In this document: piece by piece, positions 1 to 12,400 of the stretch
How the letters are laid out: every line of letters starts with the position of its first letter
Position numbering within the stretch: the first letter of the stretch is position 1
DNA from: Ylistrum balloti
Taxonomy: Eukaryota
Length of the DNA stretch: 64,000 nt
Direction of reading: 5' to 3'
Assembly (NCBI RefSeq): GCF_031769215.1
Contig: NW_026782185.1
Location: 310,001 to 374,000, forward strand
Notes under the pieces: generated by a model
Seen by the model: the letters and a program-made list of their open reading frames with translations, nothing else
Told to the model about the DNA's origin: nothing
Databases searched by the model: none
Made by a program: the position numbers and the translations under genes

Positions 1-530
1 ATGTTAAGGTTGTCATGGTGGTCAGATTTCTCTCTGTATACATTGACGATATGTTAGGGTTGTCATGGTGATCAGATTACTCTCTGTATACATTGACGAT
101 ATGTTAGGGTTGTCATGGTGATAAGATTTCTCTCTGTATACAATGATGATATGTTAGGGTTGTCATGGTGATCAGATTTCTCTCTGTATACAATAATGAT
201 ATGTTAGGGTTGTCATGGTGATCAGATTACTCTCTGTATACAATGACGATATGTTAAGGTTGTCATGGTGATCAGATTTATCTCTGTATACAATGATGAT
301 TTGTAATGGGTGTTATGGTGATATAAGTTTCTTTTTGTATACACTAACAATAGGTTATGGTTGTCATGGTGATGTTAGGCTTGTCATGGTGATATGATTT
401 TCTTCTGTATACACTGACGATATGTTTGTGTTTCCATGGTGATGTTATATCAGGGTTGTCATAGCGATATGATTTACTTCTGCATACACCGGTAATATGA
501 TGGTGTTGTCATGGTGATATGATTTCTCTT
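1..530. repeat. 50-bp tandem repeat, ~6 well-conserved copies decaying into degenerate copies
   Basis: Unit atgttagggttgtcatggtgatcagatttctctctgtatacaatgacgat recurs at 1, 51, 101, 151, 201 and 251, then degenerates. Truncated by the window start. Confidence 0.9.
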
Positions 531-2597
531 TGTTCCTTTTTATTCATAAATATCTTTTCATTTCACATTTATTTTATTTATCTTGATAGATATCAATTTC
601 ATTTTAGTTAAAACATCTTTATCATTTTCACTTTGTGTTCATGAAGCAATAAATGCTATTTCATATTGTAATATTTGTGCATCAGGATTTCTGAAGCAAA
701 AGTAATAAACGAGTTAAAATAAAATCTTTATATCAGCTGATATGTACATTTTCATAAATCTATCCAAACCCTTATAATCAGATACCGTGACTACATGATA
801 GAACCGCACTGGGCGCGATGATTTAGATGATGTTATACATGTATGTAACAATAAAGAAATGATAAATTATTTACCATATCTACCAAAACTTATCTAAGAT
901 ATACATCATGTAATATTGATACATGTTATAAAAGATTTTGGGATGTCTCCGTCCTCGTCTGTATTTATCATCTCGTATTTTTAATTCCTGTCCCTTGAAT
1001 GGTTTCTTGGTAACGTTAATACGTATATGAGGGATAACCAGTCATTATTTATGTTGTCAATGTGATGCACAGTGGTTATAGTTCGGCTGGACATAAACGG
1101 ATGATCTGACAGCTTCAGGCGTTTTAGAAGATATAGCCTTAAAGAAATGAGGTGGAGGGGGTGTTCTTTTGATTGGATCTGGATATAAAAGATGTGAAGA
1201 TATGATTAGACCAGTACCTTAACGCTTATATATATGCCTTGAACTAGGGGCTTCACAATAATCCAAGCTTGTCAGATTTATCTTCATATTGCCAACCGAT
1301 TTACTTCTCCGCAGACCACAGAATTCCGTAATTAATTAACGTAGTAACAGAATAGTATACAATACTCTGGAGCTGGGTCATAACAGCATTGAAGAGGTGC
1401 TTGGAAGATAAACATCTTTCGATAGGAGTCTTTACGTATCGAATATTCTATTTCTCTGTGTCTTTCTCTTCTTTCCAATAAGCGTGAAAACTGATTTAAG
1501 ACCCTATATATATAGAATGTCATTTGAATTGCCTATCTGTTTCCGAAACTAATACTAGCTTCATAAAAATTGATAAAGACGTTTATCAAAAGCAGCAGAA
1601 GAGGACCATGGTCCTATTTTTTGGAGAAGCATGCTTACACGAGAGTTTTGAATATTTCAAGACTTAATTTGCAATATCATTACATATGTTTATGTATATG
1701 ACGTCATGATTATTATGCGATTGACCCATCGTATTATACAGCACTGTAGGAAGCCATATTTCATAATTTCTGTGTATACATGAATTGTTAAGCTTTATCT
1801 AGTAAACAAATATGATTTCAATACAAAATTGCATTCCTTACCAGGCGATTAAGTTTGCGTAAAGTATATATATTTAAATTGTGTGCAGCCTTGTTGACAG
1901 GCGTAAAGTGATTTTAAAAAATCTTTCAAAAAGGATTAAGAAATTTCGATTCGCTCAAGTGAACGCAGAAGTTATAGGTTTAAAAGAGATAGTTGAACAT
2001 AATCACGATTGAGGTTTCGGTTGAAGGAAGTGACTTGTAACACCATGTAGATTGTAATCCTGTTCAAACGGAGTGACTTTATTTCTGTTATCCGAACATG
2101 CAATGTACTAAAAGATGTGATTATCTATATTGCTAACCTCTTTTCATTTCAGCACGCGGGTGTAAATTTCTCATATCTTATCTTTACACTTCAGTAACTT
2201 TAGTAGAATTAGAATAAGACTTACCTTCTAAAAAAAGATAAAGTTCCTCTTACAAAAGTGTAATATCTTATTTCATTTTTTGGCTTTAATGTACCTACTC
2301 ATTCTTTGGCCACATTCCTCCTGTCTGTAATCCACATACATGATCAATGTTTATGAACTCTAACTCGAACACCAGGTTTTTCGGATTCACAACCGTAAGC
2401 AATGCTGTAACAACACATGTATAATAGGCTATTGTATTCATGTCGTCTTAAGTATAGACAATGTATATGTCATGAAAATTAAATAAATAAATATACATTT
2501 TAAAAATTTTTTTTGGTTATCGCTAAGTTGATTATACAAAAGACACTCTGTTTAGGAAATATATAATTAGAGAAGAACAAATTAATAATGTAAACTT

Positions 2598-2670
2598 CAT
2601 CACACAGCTGTTTCGTCCTCCTTTGACTAGTCAGTGATGCTGAGGGCCTAAAGTTTGAAACCCTAGAGGA
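2598..2670 (-). mobile_element. Degenerate Penelope-type hammerhead/terminal-repeat relic
   Basis: Minus strand reads CATCA CTGACTA GTCA AAGGA GGAC GAAA CAGCTG TG TGATG. Same family as 8761-8865, but the core is mutated (CUGACUA) and the triplet is GUG, so it is predicted inactive. Confidence 0.65.
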
Positions 2671-3421
2671 TATTGTTGATAGTTAAAATTATGTTATAAT
2701 AAATTTCGTTCGGACTAGCTATACTTTTCTGACCTAACTATACTTGTCTGACCTAATTCACGCTAACAGTGTGTTAGCCCTGATAAAATGAGATAGGTGT
2801 TCTAGTCTGTTTAACACTAGGTAGATTTACAAGTCAACACTGGGAAAAAATCACTAATAGCCAATAGCAATGAGAAGACAGGAGCTGTCATTCTGTAGCC
2901 CATTTACAGTCTTTATTCCATTTACAGTGTATTTTGAAGATGGCGATTAAACGATCGTGGATCCTTTTTTATATTAAATGTGTTTTACTTTGTTAAATGC
3001 TGTACAATAATTGAAAAAAAAATGAATAAAAAAAATTACATGTTGTTCCATATGCAGTTGCAATGATTAATAGATGCATTTTTCAATTAAATGACAACCA
3101 TTTATTTGTTGTAGAAAGGATTGAACATAATTTATCTGATAGCATAGCCAGAAAAACGAGTCCTGCTCTTTATATATAAATTTTCCGTGTTTTCAATGAG
3201 AAACACGTGATGAGATATCCTTTCATATCGTTGTTAAAAGGACGCTTGATTCATGTTCAGTTTTCAATTTCTATTGTAAGCAATACAAACAGATTATCGA
3301 GAGCGGATTTGTTTCAATATGCTTTGGCTGGTTAAAGCATTTTCCCGACAAACAACACAGGATCACATCGTCTCCGCAGAGATATATTGATCTAGGTATA
3401 ATGTCTACTACCATATATCTG

Positions 3422-6400
3422 TCATAGATCTGCAACACTTTTATCGTCAGGATGGAAACCGATAGGAGGTCCCTCGCCTTCCGGCGTAACCGGATCAATG
3501 ATCTACAAAGCAGAACAAACAGCATTGATTACGGACAATTATTACAATAGGTATTTTCCTTGCAACAACTTTCTTTAACTTCGAATACCAGTGTATTTCA
3601 ATAAGATTGCCAATATATGTCCTGATTTGTTACAATACAACTAGTGTTGTTTTAAGTGCTAAACAATAATTGAGAAACTCTAATTGGTGTAGTTTTTCTT
3701 CTGTTTGATTGCTTTGTTTTGCCTACCATTTCTTCAGCCAGATCATATTTGTATCTTGATGCCACTCCACACATCCTTCTACATATAGGGAAGATGAGGC
3801 GTGGTTCGACGGGCTCACCACCGTCGCCACCTTTGAGTGAAAAAGAAATGGTACCAGTATATAGAATCTTGAAGAGTAAGGTCATCATCATCTCCTTCAA
3901 AATCTGTCGACATTGTTAGACAGCTTGATTACTGAGAAGAATTTGAATTTCAAAAAATATCCCTGGTTGAGTGGTATAACACCGGTACCAAAACGATGGA
4001 ACACAACCAAAGTTCAGAAGACACTTTGATTTCTTAGGCACAAATGTGACATAATCGCAATCAACATTTAAGTCTATAGCGATCAAATTGTTGGTTGTTT
4101 CCAACACATTTTGTTGAATCACTTTCTTTCCATGTGACAGGTTTGACTATGTTAAAATGACTATTACACGTACCCGTACACAGGCTGACGACGGTACCTA
4201 GCATCAGGGTCAACAAGAATCCGATTAAACCGTACCAGACATAAGAGATGTTATACAGGAAAAAACCTTCATCTGGACTGTAAAAGTAAATTCACTTTGA
4301 CAAGCATAACTCGTGAAACAAACATTATCACTATGAACTGACACTATTAGTACACACTGTTGATTTCAGAAGTATATTCATATCAGTATTTTAAATGTGT
4401 AGTTAATATAGAGTCATTGATAATCTGTTATATTTTGAAAAGGAGATAACGGTGAGACAGATAAACAAAATAGTAACGTGATACAACTCCATGCGATTAA
4501 TAGTATTATGAAGGATAGAGTAAGTTTCTAAAATTAAAAAGCTTGTTCTTACCTGCCTAGACTGTTGGAGGAATCATTTGTATATCCATTTATATCGTAC
4601 GGAGGGGTATGCAATGTAGTATTAAAGCTATTTATAGACAAATTGTTCATTGTGGCTGTAGCGTTGTCATGGAAACACCCACTCGTGGGATTCCGTATTA
4701 ATGCTGCAGGTTTTGATCCGTACATTTGTGAGGATACTGTCATCCAGATATTGAACCCAAGACTCAGTAAACTGCCAAAAGTGGCTCCCTGAAATAATTA
4801 AACTGATGAACAAAACCAAGGTCTATAACCACAAGTAATAATAGATAGGCTAGATCTACATTGTTTATAACTGGACGAATTGTACGTCTTATACATTCTC
4901 TGATTCTATTGTACGCACTTTCCAGTTGGCTTTCGGTATCATTCCACCGAGGAAAAAAAGTCCAGCTAAAGGTCCTCCACACGCCCCAAATATTGAGAGC
5001 GCCATCTGTCAGAAATAGCAAACATTAAAACTGTTTTAATGCATTTCTAGAATCCGTCACAACACATCACACAATTGTTAAAATGAAGATGATATTTTTT
5101 ACAATTTCAACATTTAACACACGTCATTGCGAACACAACAAAGGGTATATCGACATTTTCAACAAAATCTTAATTCAAAGTCGATTAAACTAGGGCACAA
5201 TTTGAACAAAAGACAAATTCACAAGAAAACAAAAGAGAATAGTTCCGGAAGTATTAGCGTCTTTTGCGCCATCGATGACACCTTCTTAGTCAATCCAAGT
5301 AACTAATGTCACGTTCTCAAATTTTTAGTATCATTCAAAGCTACTAATTATAGTGTTGACGCAATAATTATGTTCCGAGTCAAATGAAGATCAGTATTTT
5401 AGAAATATACATGTATTTGAGAAGCAACAGGAAGTGTGAGGAAAAAGAAATATCCTATATCAGATAACACAATCGGAATGGCGTACGTGAATGATTTCAT
5501 CGATTCCTGAGTTACCTGTGTGATAGATCCTGACATTGAGTTAATGGCATACGCTAGTCCAATGACCGTCAGTCCGTACAGAAACACTAAAAAGGCAAGA
5601 AAACGTCCAAATCAAACATTTCACGAATAAAAACATTTGCTCCTTTTTTGTTTTATATGTTGTATGTAATGTAATCTAATAAACATGTATTTAACGTGAT
5701 GATCCATTCTGTGTTTAATTTTGGTTGAGTTCTTAGACACAGAAATATTCAAGGAGAAAGCAGATGTACATATTAATAATTTTCAGATTTGAACGTTATT
5801 TTGTAATAAATTTGAAATGGCACCATCCTTGTTTGAAGTTTACAAGAAAACATTTTGTGAATCAATCGGTGAAATTGGTTATCAGTTTCATGACTCAGAA
5901 GAAACACCATTTTTACTTTTTTATCTGTATTAAAACCTCGAAAATTTTAATTTGAAAACACGAAACAGTATTACTTTAAAAACATTTCAGAAGTTTAAAA
6001 AACACGCTTTACGATTCCAACATCCCAAAACTAAGCCGAATAAAAAGGTGTTTTATCTGAATTAACTATTTTGCATCACAATTGAAATCATGTTTTCAAA
6101 TACTGTATATTTGAGCAAGCAAACACAAGGAAATAATGTAAAATAATTGAATAAAAAACAAAGAACAAAATTATGACTTTCTGTAACTGTAAATGGAAAC
6201 TTTTCCAAGAATGCGTTTAAATGGTATGCCTATATCTATACAGTTATCACATCGCTTGTTTTCGTATACTACATTTATAATGAAATTGGAATTTAAGAAA
6301 ATTCATAAAATTACATAAACTGCTTATTATTCTTTTTATTCAATTAATGCTCACCAAATGTCTTTGCCGCGAATGTCTGCGAAATAAATTTTGATTTCTT

Positions 6401-9400
6401 AACGTAGTCTCCAAGAATGTCTTCCACGGTGTTGGCAGCTAAAGCGTTGATTCCAGATGATAGAGTACTGAATGAAAGAACATCATTGCTGATAGTTAGT
6501 AATATATCCATTTTACACATTTACAACTCTGACTCTGAAATACTATCGCTTTGTTTGGTCATAATAATATTACGATAGTCCTTGTGTCACAGACCGTGTA
6601 GCACTATTATATTGGGTCTCCATCATCACCTAAGAGCGCCGCCGGATACACTAATCACCTGAGAGAGCCACCAGATACACATATCAACGAGAGAGCCACC
6701 AGATACACATATCACCTGAGAGAGCCACCAGATACATATATCACCTGAGAGAGCCACCAGATAAACATATCACCTGAGAGAGCCACCAGATAAACATATC
6801 ACCTGAGAGAGCCACCAGATAAACATATCACCTGAGAGAGCCACCAGATACACATATCACATGAGAGCACCACCAGATAAACATATCACCTGAGAGAGCC
6901 ACCAGATAAGCATATCACATGAGAGAGCCACCAGATAAACATATCACATGAGAGAGCCACCAGATACACATATCACATGAGAGAGCCCCCAGGTACACAT
7001 ATCACATGAGAGTACCACCAGATAAACATATCACCTGAGAGAGCCACCAGATACACATATCACCTGAGAGAGCCACCAGATAAACATATCACCTGAGAGT
7101 ACCACCAGATACACATATCAACGAGAGAGCCACCAGATACACATATCACCTGAGAGAGCCACCAGATACATATATCACCTGAGAGAGCCACCAGATAAAC
7201 ATATCACCTGAGAGAGCCACCAGATAAACATATCACCTGAGAGAGCCACCAGATACACATATCACATGAGAGCACCACCAGATAAACATATCACCTGAGA
7301 GAGCCACCAGATAAGCATATCACATGAGAGAGCCACCAGATAAACATATCACCTGAGAGAGCCACCAGATAAACATATCACATGAGAGAGCCCCCAGGAG
7401 AGAGCACCACCAGATACACCATGAGAGGATACACATATCATATGAGAGCTGAGAGACCACCAGATACACATATTACATGAGAGCACCACCAGATAAACAT
7501 ATCACCTGAGAGAGCCACCAGATAAACATATCACCTGAGAGTACCACCAGATAAACATATCACCTGAGAGAGCCACCAGATACACATATCACCTGAGAGA
7601 GCCACCAGATAAACATATCACATGAGAGAGCCCCCAGGTACACATATCATATGAGAGCACCACCAGATACACATATTACATGAGAGCACCACCAGATAAA
7701 CATATCACCTGAGAGAGCCACCAGATAAACATATCACCTGAGAGAGCCACCAGATAAACATATCACCTGAGAGCACCACTATATAAACATATCACCTGAG
7801 AGAGCCACCACATATCACCTGAGAGAGCCACCAGATAAACATATCACCTAAGAGAGCCACCAGATAAACATATCACCTGAGAGAGCCACCAGATACACAT
7901 ATCACATGAGAGCACCACCAGATAAACATATCACCTGAGAAAGCCACTAGATAAACATATCACCTGAGAGAGCCACCAGATACATATGTCACCTGAGAGC
8001 GTTGCTCGATAATCATATCACATGGGAGAGCCACCAGATAAACATATCACCTAAGAGAGCCACCAGATACACACATCACATGGGAGCACCACCAGGTAAA
8101 CATATCACCTGAGAGAGCCAACAGATAAACATGTCACCTGAGAGAGCCAACAGATACACATATCCCCTGAGAGTGCCACCAGATACACATATCACCTAAA
8201 AGTACTTCTAGATATACATATCACCCGAGAACGTTGCTCGATAAACATATCACATGGGAGAGCCACCAGATACCCTAATCATCTGAGAGTGCCGCTAGAC
8301 ACACCTATCACCTAAGAGAGCAGCTAGATACACCTATAACCTGAGAAAGCCGCTAGATAAACATATCTCCTGAGAGAACCACTAGATAATTATATCACCT
8401 GAGAGCGTTGCTAGATAAACATATCACCTGAGAGCGCCGCTAAATAAACAACTAATGTAGATTCCAGGAATACCCGGCAGTGACCGCAACACATCGAGGA
8501 CGAAATACGGCATAAGCTGCAAATGCAAACAAAGGCATAAGAGTAGATATGGAAAACTACGAACGCCGAAAACAATATTTTCATGTTATGATACAAAAAG
8601 CATAAAGTACAGAACATTCAATGCTATGTTGGGAAATTATCGATAAAAAGAAGTGCTTATTTTACCAAGTTTCACAATCATAGCTGGCAAAAATAATGTA
8701 TAAGACAACATTTCAAAAAAAATTGAAATTAGACACAGTCTATCCAAATAATTTGTCAAGCTACATCATACAGCTGTTTCGTCCTTCTAGGACTCGTCAG
8801 TGATGCTACATCATACAGCTGTTTCGTCCTTCTATGGCTCGTCAGTGATGTTACATCATACAGCTATTCACATGTGTGTCTTTTGTACAATCTTTAAATA
8901 TCAAGATTTAAAGTCTTGGACGATTTATTATCAAGAGAGAGGAATATGAAAATGATTATTAATATTACCTGATTAAAGTTGCTTAGAAATCCCGCTTGAA
9001 CAGGATCACATTTTACAGTGTTGTAATATGAGTACAAGAGGATTCCCAAAAATCCTAGAACTGCATAGTACGTTATCACTACAGGCACAATAAGCCAAAA
9101 TGCCCTATATGAAAATAAGATAAGTTCGCATAATATATCGTTTGGATTGTTATCATAATGTCCTCAGTCTAGATACATTGTAGTCTGGATAAGACGATAC
9201 CAGTATATGGCCACTTTGTAGCATAATTTCGTTCTACTGTTTCAAGCGACAACTTTAAATCGAAGTTGTTTTAGTAAAGTGAACTCGCGGTATGCAGTAA
9301 GCAGCTGCATTCTTATAACTATTCAATTTCAACCATGAAAGCTACCGATAATTTCATTAAAAAGTGAATGCTTACATCTTAGCTGCTCTGAGAGTACGGA

Positions 9401-12400
9401 GGGACGAGACCCTCTGGACACTCGACTGGTTACACCAATTAGGAAGGAAAGCAAATGTAAGGCCGATCGCCATTCCCCAAACGGTGTGTCGAGCTCTAGG
9501 GTCCGGGTCAAAACTACAAAGTAAGAGTGTTCCGTTAACAGCACACACTGATTAAACATGTTCTGAATTAATTCATATGCAAATATGTTTTATTTTAAAG
9601 GTTTTAACAATGATAAATTTGCCAAAGGAACGAGTCTATTTTAGGTGCATCTGAAATCGATGGAAAATAATTTTAAAGTAATACCTGTAATATCTGTCAT
9701 TTAAAGTGTTTATTTATGGGAAACTTATACATATGAAGATGAAAAATGTCTTCATTCTGAAACATAATATACAGGACTGTAAAAAGCTGTGTACTTGAAA
9801 AACTCGAGTCGTTTGCCCTCCATTGCGATCCTGGAGATTGAATGCCGCGTTCCCATAAGGATGCTGCCCTGTAAGGTATAAAAAGAAAAACCGTGTTACT
9901 TACTGTTTGTGTATATTAATGAACTTTCCATTTTTTTATGTATCAGTTTGGTTATTGACTCACAAAGGAAATTCCCAATATAACTGAAACATTTAAGCCA
10001 TTTGCAATTAAAATTATTAAGACAATATGCTCAAATAATGAATTAAACCACACCTTGTACAGACCCGTCAGTAATGCTAACGACCTATATTTTGACACCT
10101 TGGATGTATGTAAGGCATATCGAGGTAAATAGAAAGAAATATTAAATATTCCTCAACGACATCAAAGACCGTTTCTCAGCTTGCTGACAAACACATCCGT
10201 CACGGGTAGATATTGTCGAACACCACAAAGCTGCTCCTGATTGTAAGTAGACCAACGCTATACCGACTGAGCTATCGTGGTTCCATGAAAACACGCATCC
10301 TATTCAGACTTCACTGCGAGCCCTTGAATGACTTCACACCTGCATTGTGATAGGACGTCACAAAACAGCGCTAAGCACGTGCGACCTCGCACTTTATTTG
10401 TAAAGGCGACTACTTTACCTGTACATTTGAACATGCAGGTTGGTCACATGGAGTTTTCGTGATGGTTGGTTATAATTATCTGTATATAACTGAACGGTTA
10501 CAAGTTGATATAATTAATAAACAACACATTACCTTTATGGTTACCGCCGCCAAGCCAATGAAAATCATCATAAACTGAAACGCGTCCGTCCACACTACAC
10601 TCTTGATTCCTCCCTAAAATGAGACGCCCAAAGGGTTCGGATTATTATTTTCACCTGCAATTTCTAATTTTGCGATATTTTTGTACCTATTTACATCAGT
10701 TACATTTTCTGTGAAGGTGTCAACACTATGATTCATAAAAAGAAGGAGAAATGCACGGACATACTTACTATGGATGTGTATATGGTGCCAACAAGGCCTA
10801 TAACAACAACTGACAGCCATAGAGGTATTCCAGCAACTACAACCACAAATCAGCTAGTTTCATTGTCAATACAAGGAAGTTGAAATGAACAAAAGTGTAA
10901 ATCTTTCTGTTAAAGTAAAATAAATGACATTTGTTTCATTCGTAAGAACGTGCCCATTGTACAAGTCTATTATTAATAGCTGAAAACATAGCCTAGCAGT
11001 TAAAGATGAGATAATAAATAGACCTGCTACGGTCAATAAAGAAACAATCTGTCTTTCTTTCCATTCTTGGCACGCTATTATCGACTTGTTTTCAAGTGAA
11101 TGCATCTAAATCCGGATATATTTTGCATTGCAAGAAGTCAAAGACATTCTCTCTGAAATCTACATTAACATAGTCAACTTGCAAAGCGCATCGGTGGTCT
11201 TACTCTAGATTGCATTAGCGTACACTGTTGGTAATTGTTAACCATCCATGTTTGACTATCCTCTGATTACTCTGAAACAAGATCAATTATATTCTGACCA
11301 CTGACTACAGACAGATATTGAAGAGATACATAATCCCGTACTTTAATACATGGCCTTCATATCGACATTTTAGACGCACATCATGATTGATATATTCTAG
11401 AAATGTAATGGTCTCTTTTTTAGTAATTTTGTTCCAGTTTGTATTCCGTTTTTCTTCAAATCAAGGAAAGTGGTCCTTATTACTACACACGTTCAATCAG
11501 GATTCCTAGTGCAAGATTGCCCGATTAAAAAAGACATGTGATTCGATGTTAAATTTATATAAGTTAAATGTGTATTCATCAAATAACGTTCACATTTACT
11601 GTAATAATGTGCTATCCAATATAAAATATTTCATCTCTTGCCGCGGATTTAACAATTTGAAATACACCACAACCTTTTCCTTTTGATGTCAATGTATAAA
11701 CCTAAAGTCAACATACCAATTTGAAGGGCCAAAGCTGGTGCATAAAGTGTTACTCCCATATAGGCAACCTGCAAAATTATACGTTTGAAAGACAAATCTT
11801 ATGTCGTTTTAAGAACACAACACAAAATTAAAATGATTAAAGTGATCGAGTTTCTGGTTGATGAAATCTTCTTCGAGTTTGGTGTTAAGATCTTCCTACA
11901 GACTATTTGTATACCTATGGGAAATAACTAGTTATTTCAATATTTAACAATATACAATATACAACATAGCTTTCCACCAAGCTTTACGATCAGAGGGATG
12001 ATTTCATTTTCTATTTCCATATAGCCAAACTCCAAAAGTGATAGAACGAAATGTCAAAATCTAGATTGAGAGGTGCTTTAGATTCCCACAATTCAACAAA
12101 TTTCATACATCAAGAAGCTGTGATGGACGTCAGACACATATGCATATTCTGAACATGGTCATTACTTGGAGTATTTTAATTCGGCATGCAGTCACTTCCA
12201 TATGTAATATCGAAAATTGTACAAAGGCACAAAAGACTAAAACACCTCTAAATACTAATTCAGAATCAGTTACAGCAGAGCTAAATAATGAATTAATCTG
12301 TGTCACTCTTGTATGACTAGACAGTGATGCTAAAGACATAAAGGTCGAAATCAAAGCAACTCGGGAATTTAACAAATGTTTGCAAGAAAAGTGAACAATC

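Noticed and set aside
1-300. TTAGGG within the 50-bp repeat as telomeric sequence
   Set aside because: Only one hexamer per unit and absent from several units; not a telomeric tract.
1170-1195. ATTGG plus TATAAAAG promoter-like pair
   Set aside because: No supportable downstream gene; ORF 1332-1523 has no recognisable homology.
3652-3726. Read-through of exon 15 as the true C-terminus of A (likewise VRDSQMV* in B)
   Set aside because: Good donors at the paralogous position and phase-0 terminal exons exist downstream; alternative use cannot be supported without transcripts.
6622-8443. Regular arrays (also 44150-45470, 56205-56490) as possible CRISPR loci
   Set aside because: No unique spacers, no cas genes, and the context is eukaryotic intron/intergenic DNA.
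10200-10285. tRNA gene candidates (also 2345-2420, 16250-16310, 28640-28710)
   Set aside because: Only A/B-box remnants; acceptor and anticodon stems cannot be closed, so they are treated as SINE relics or ignored.
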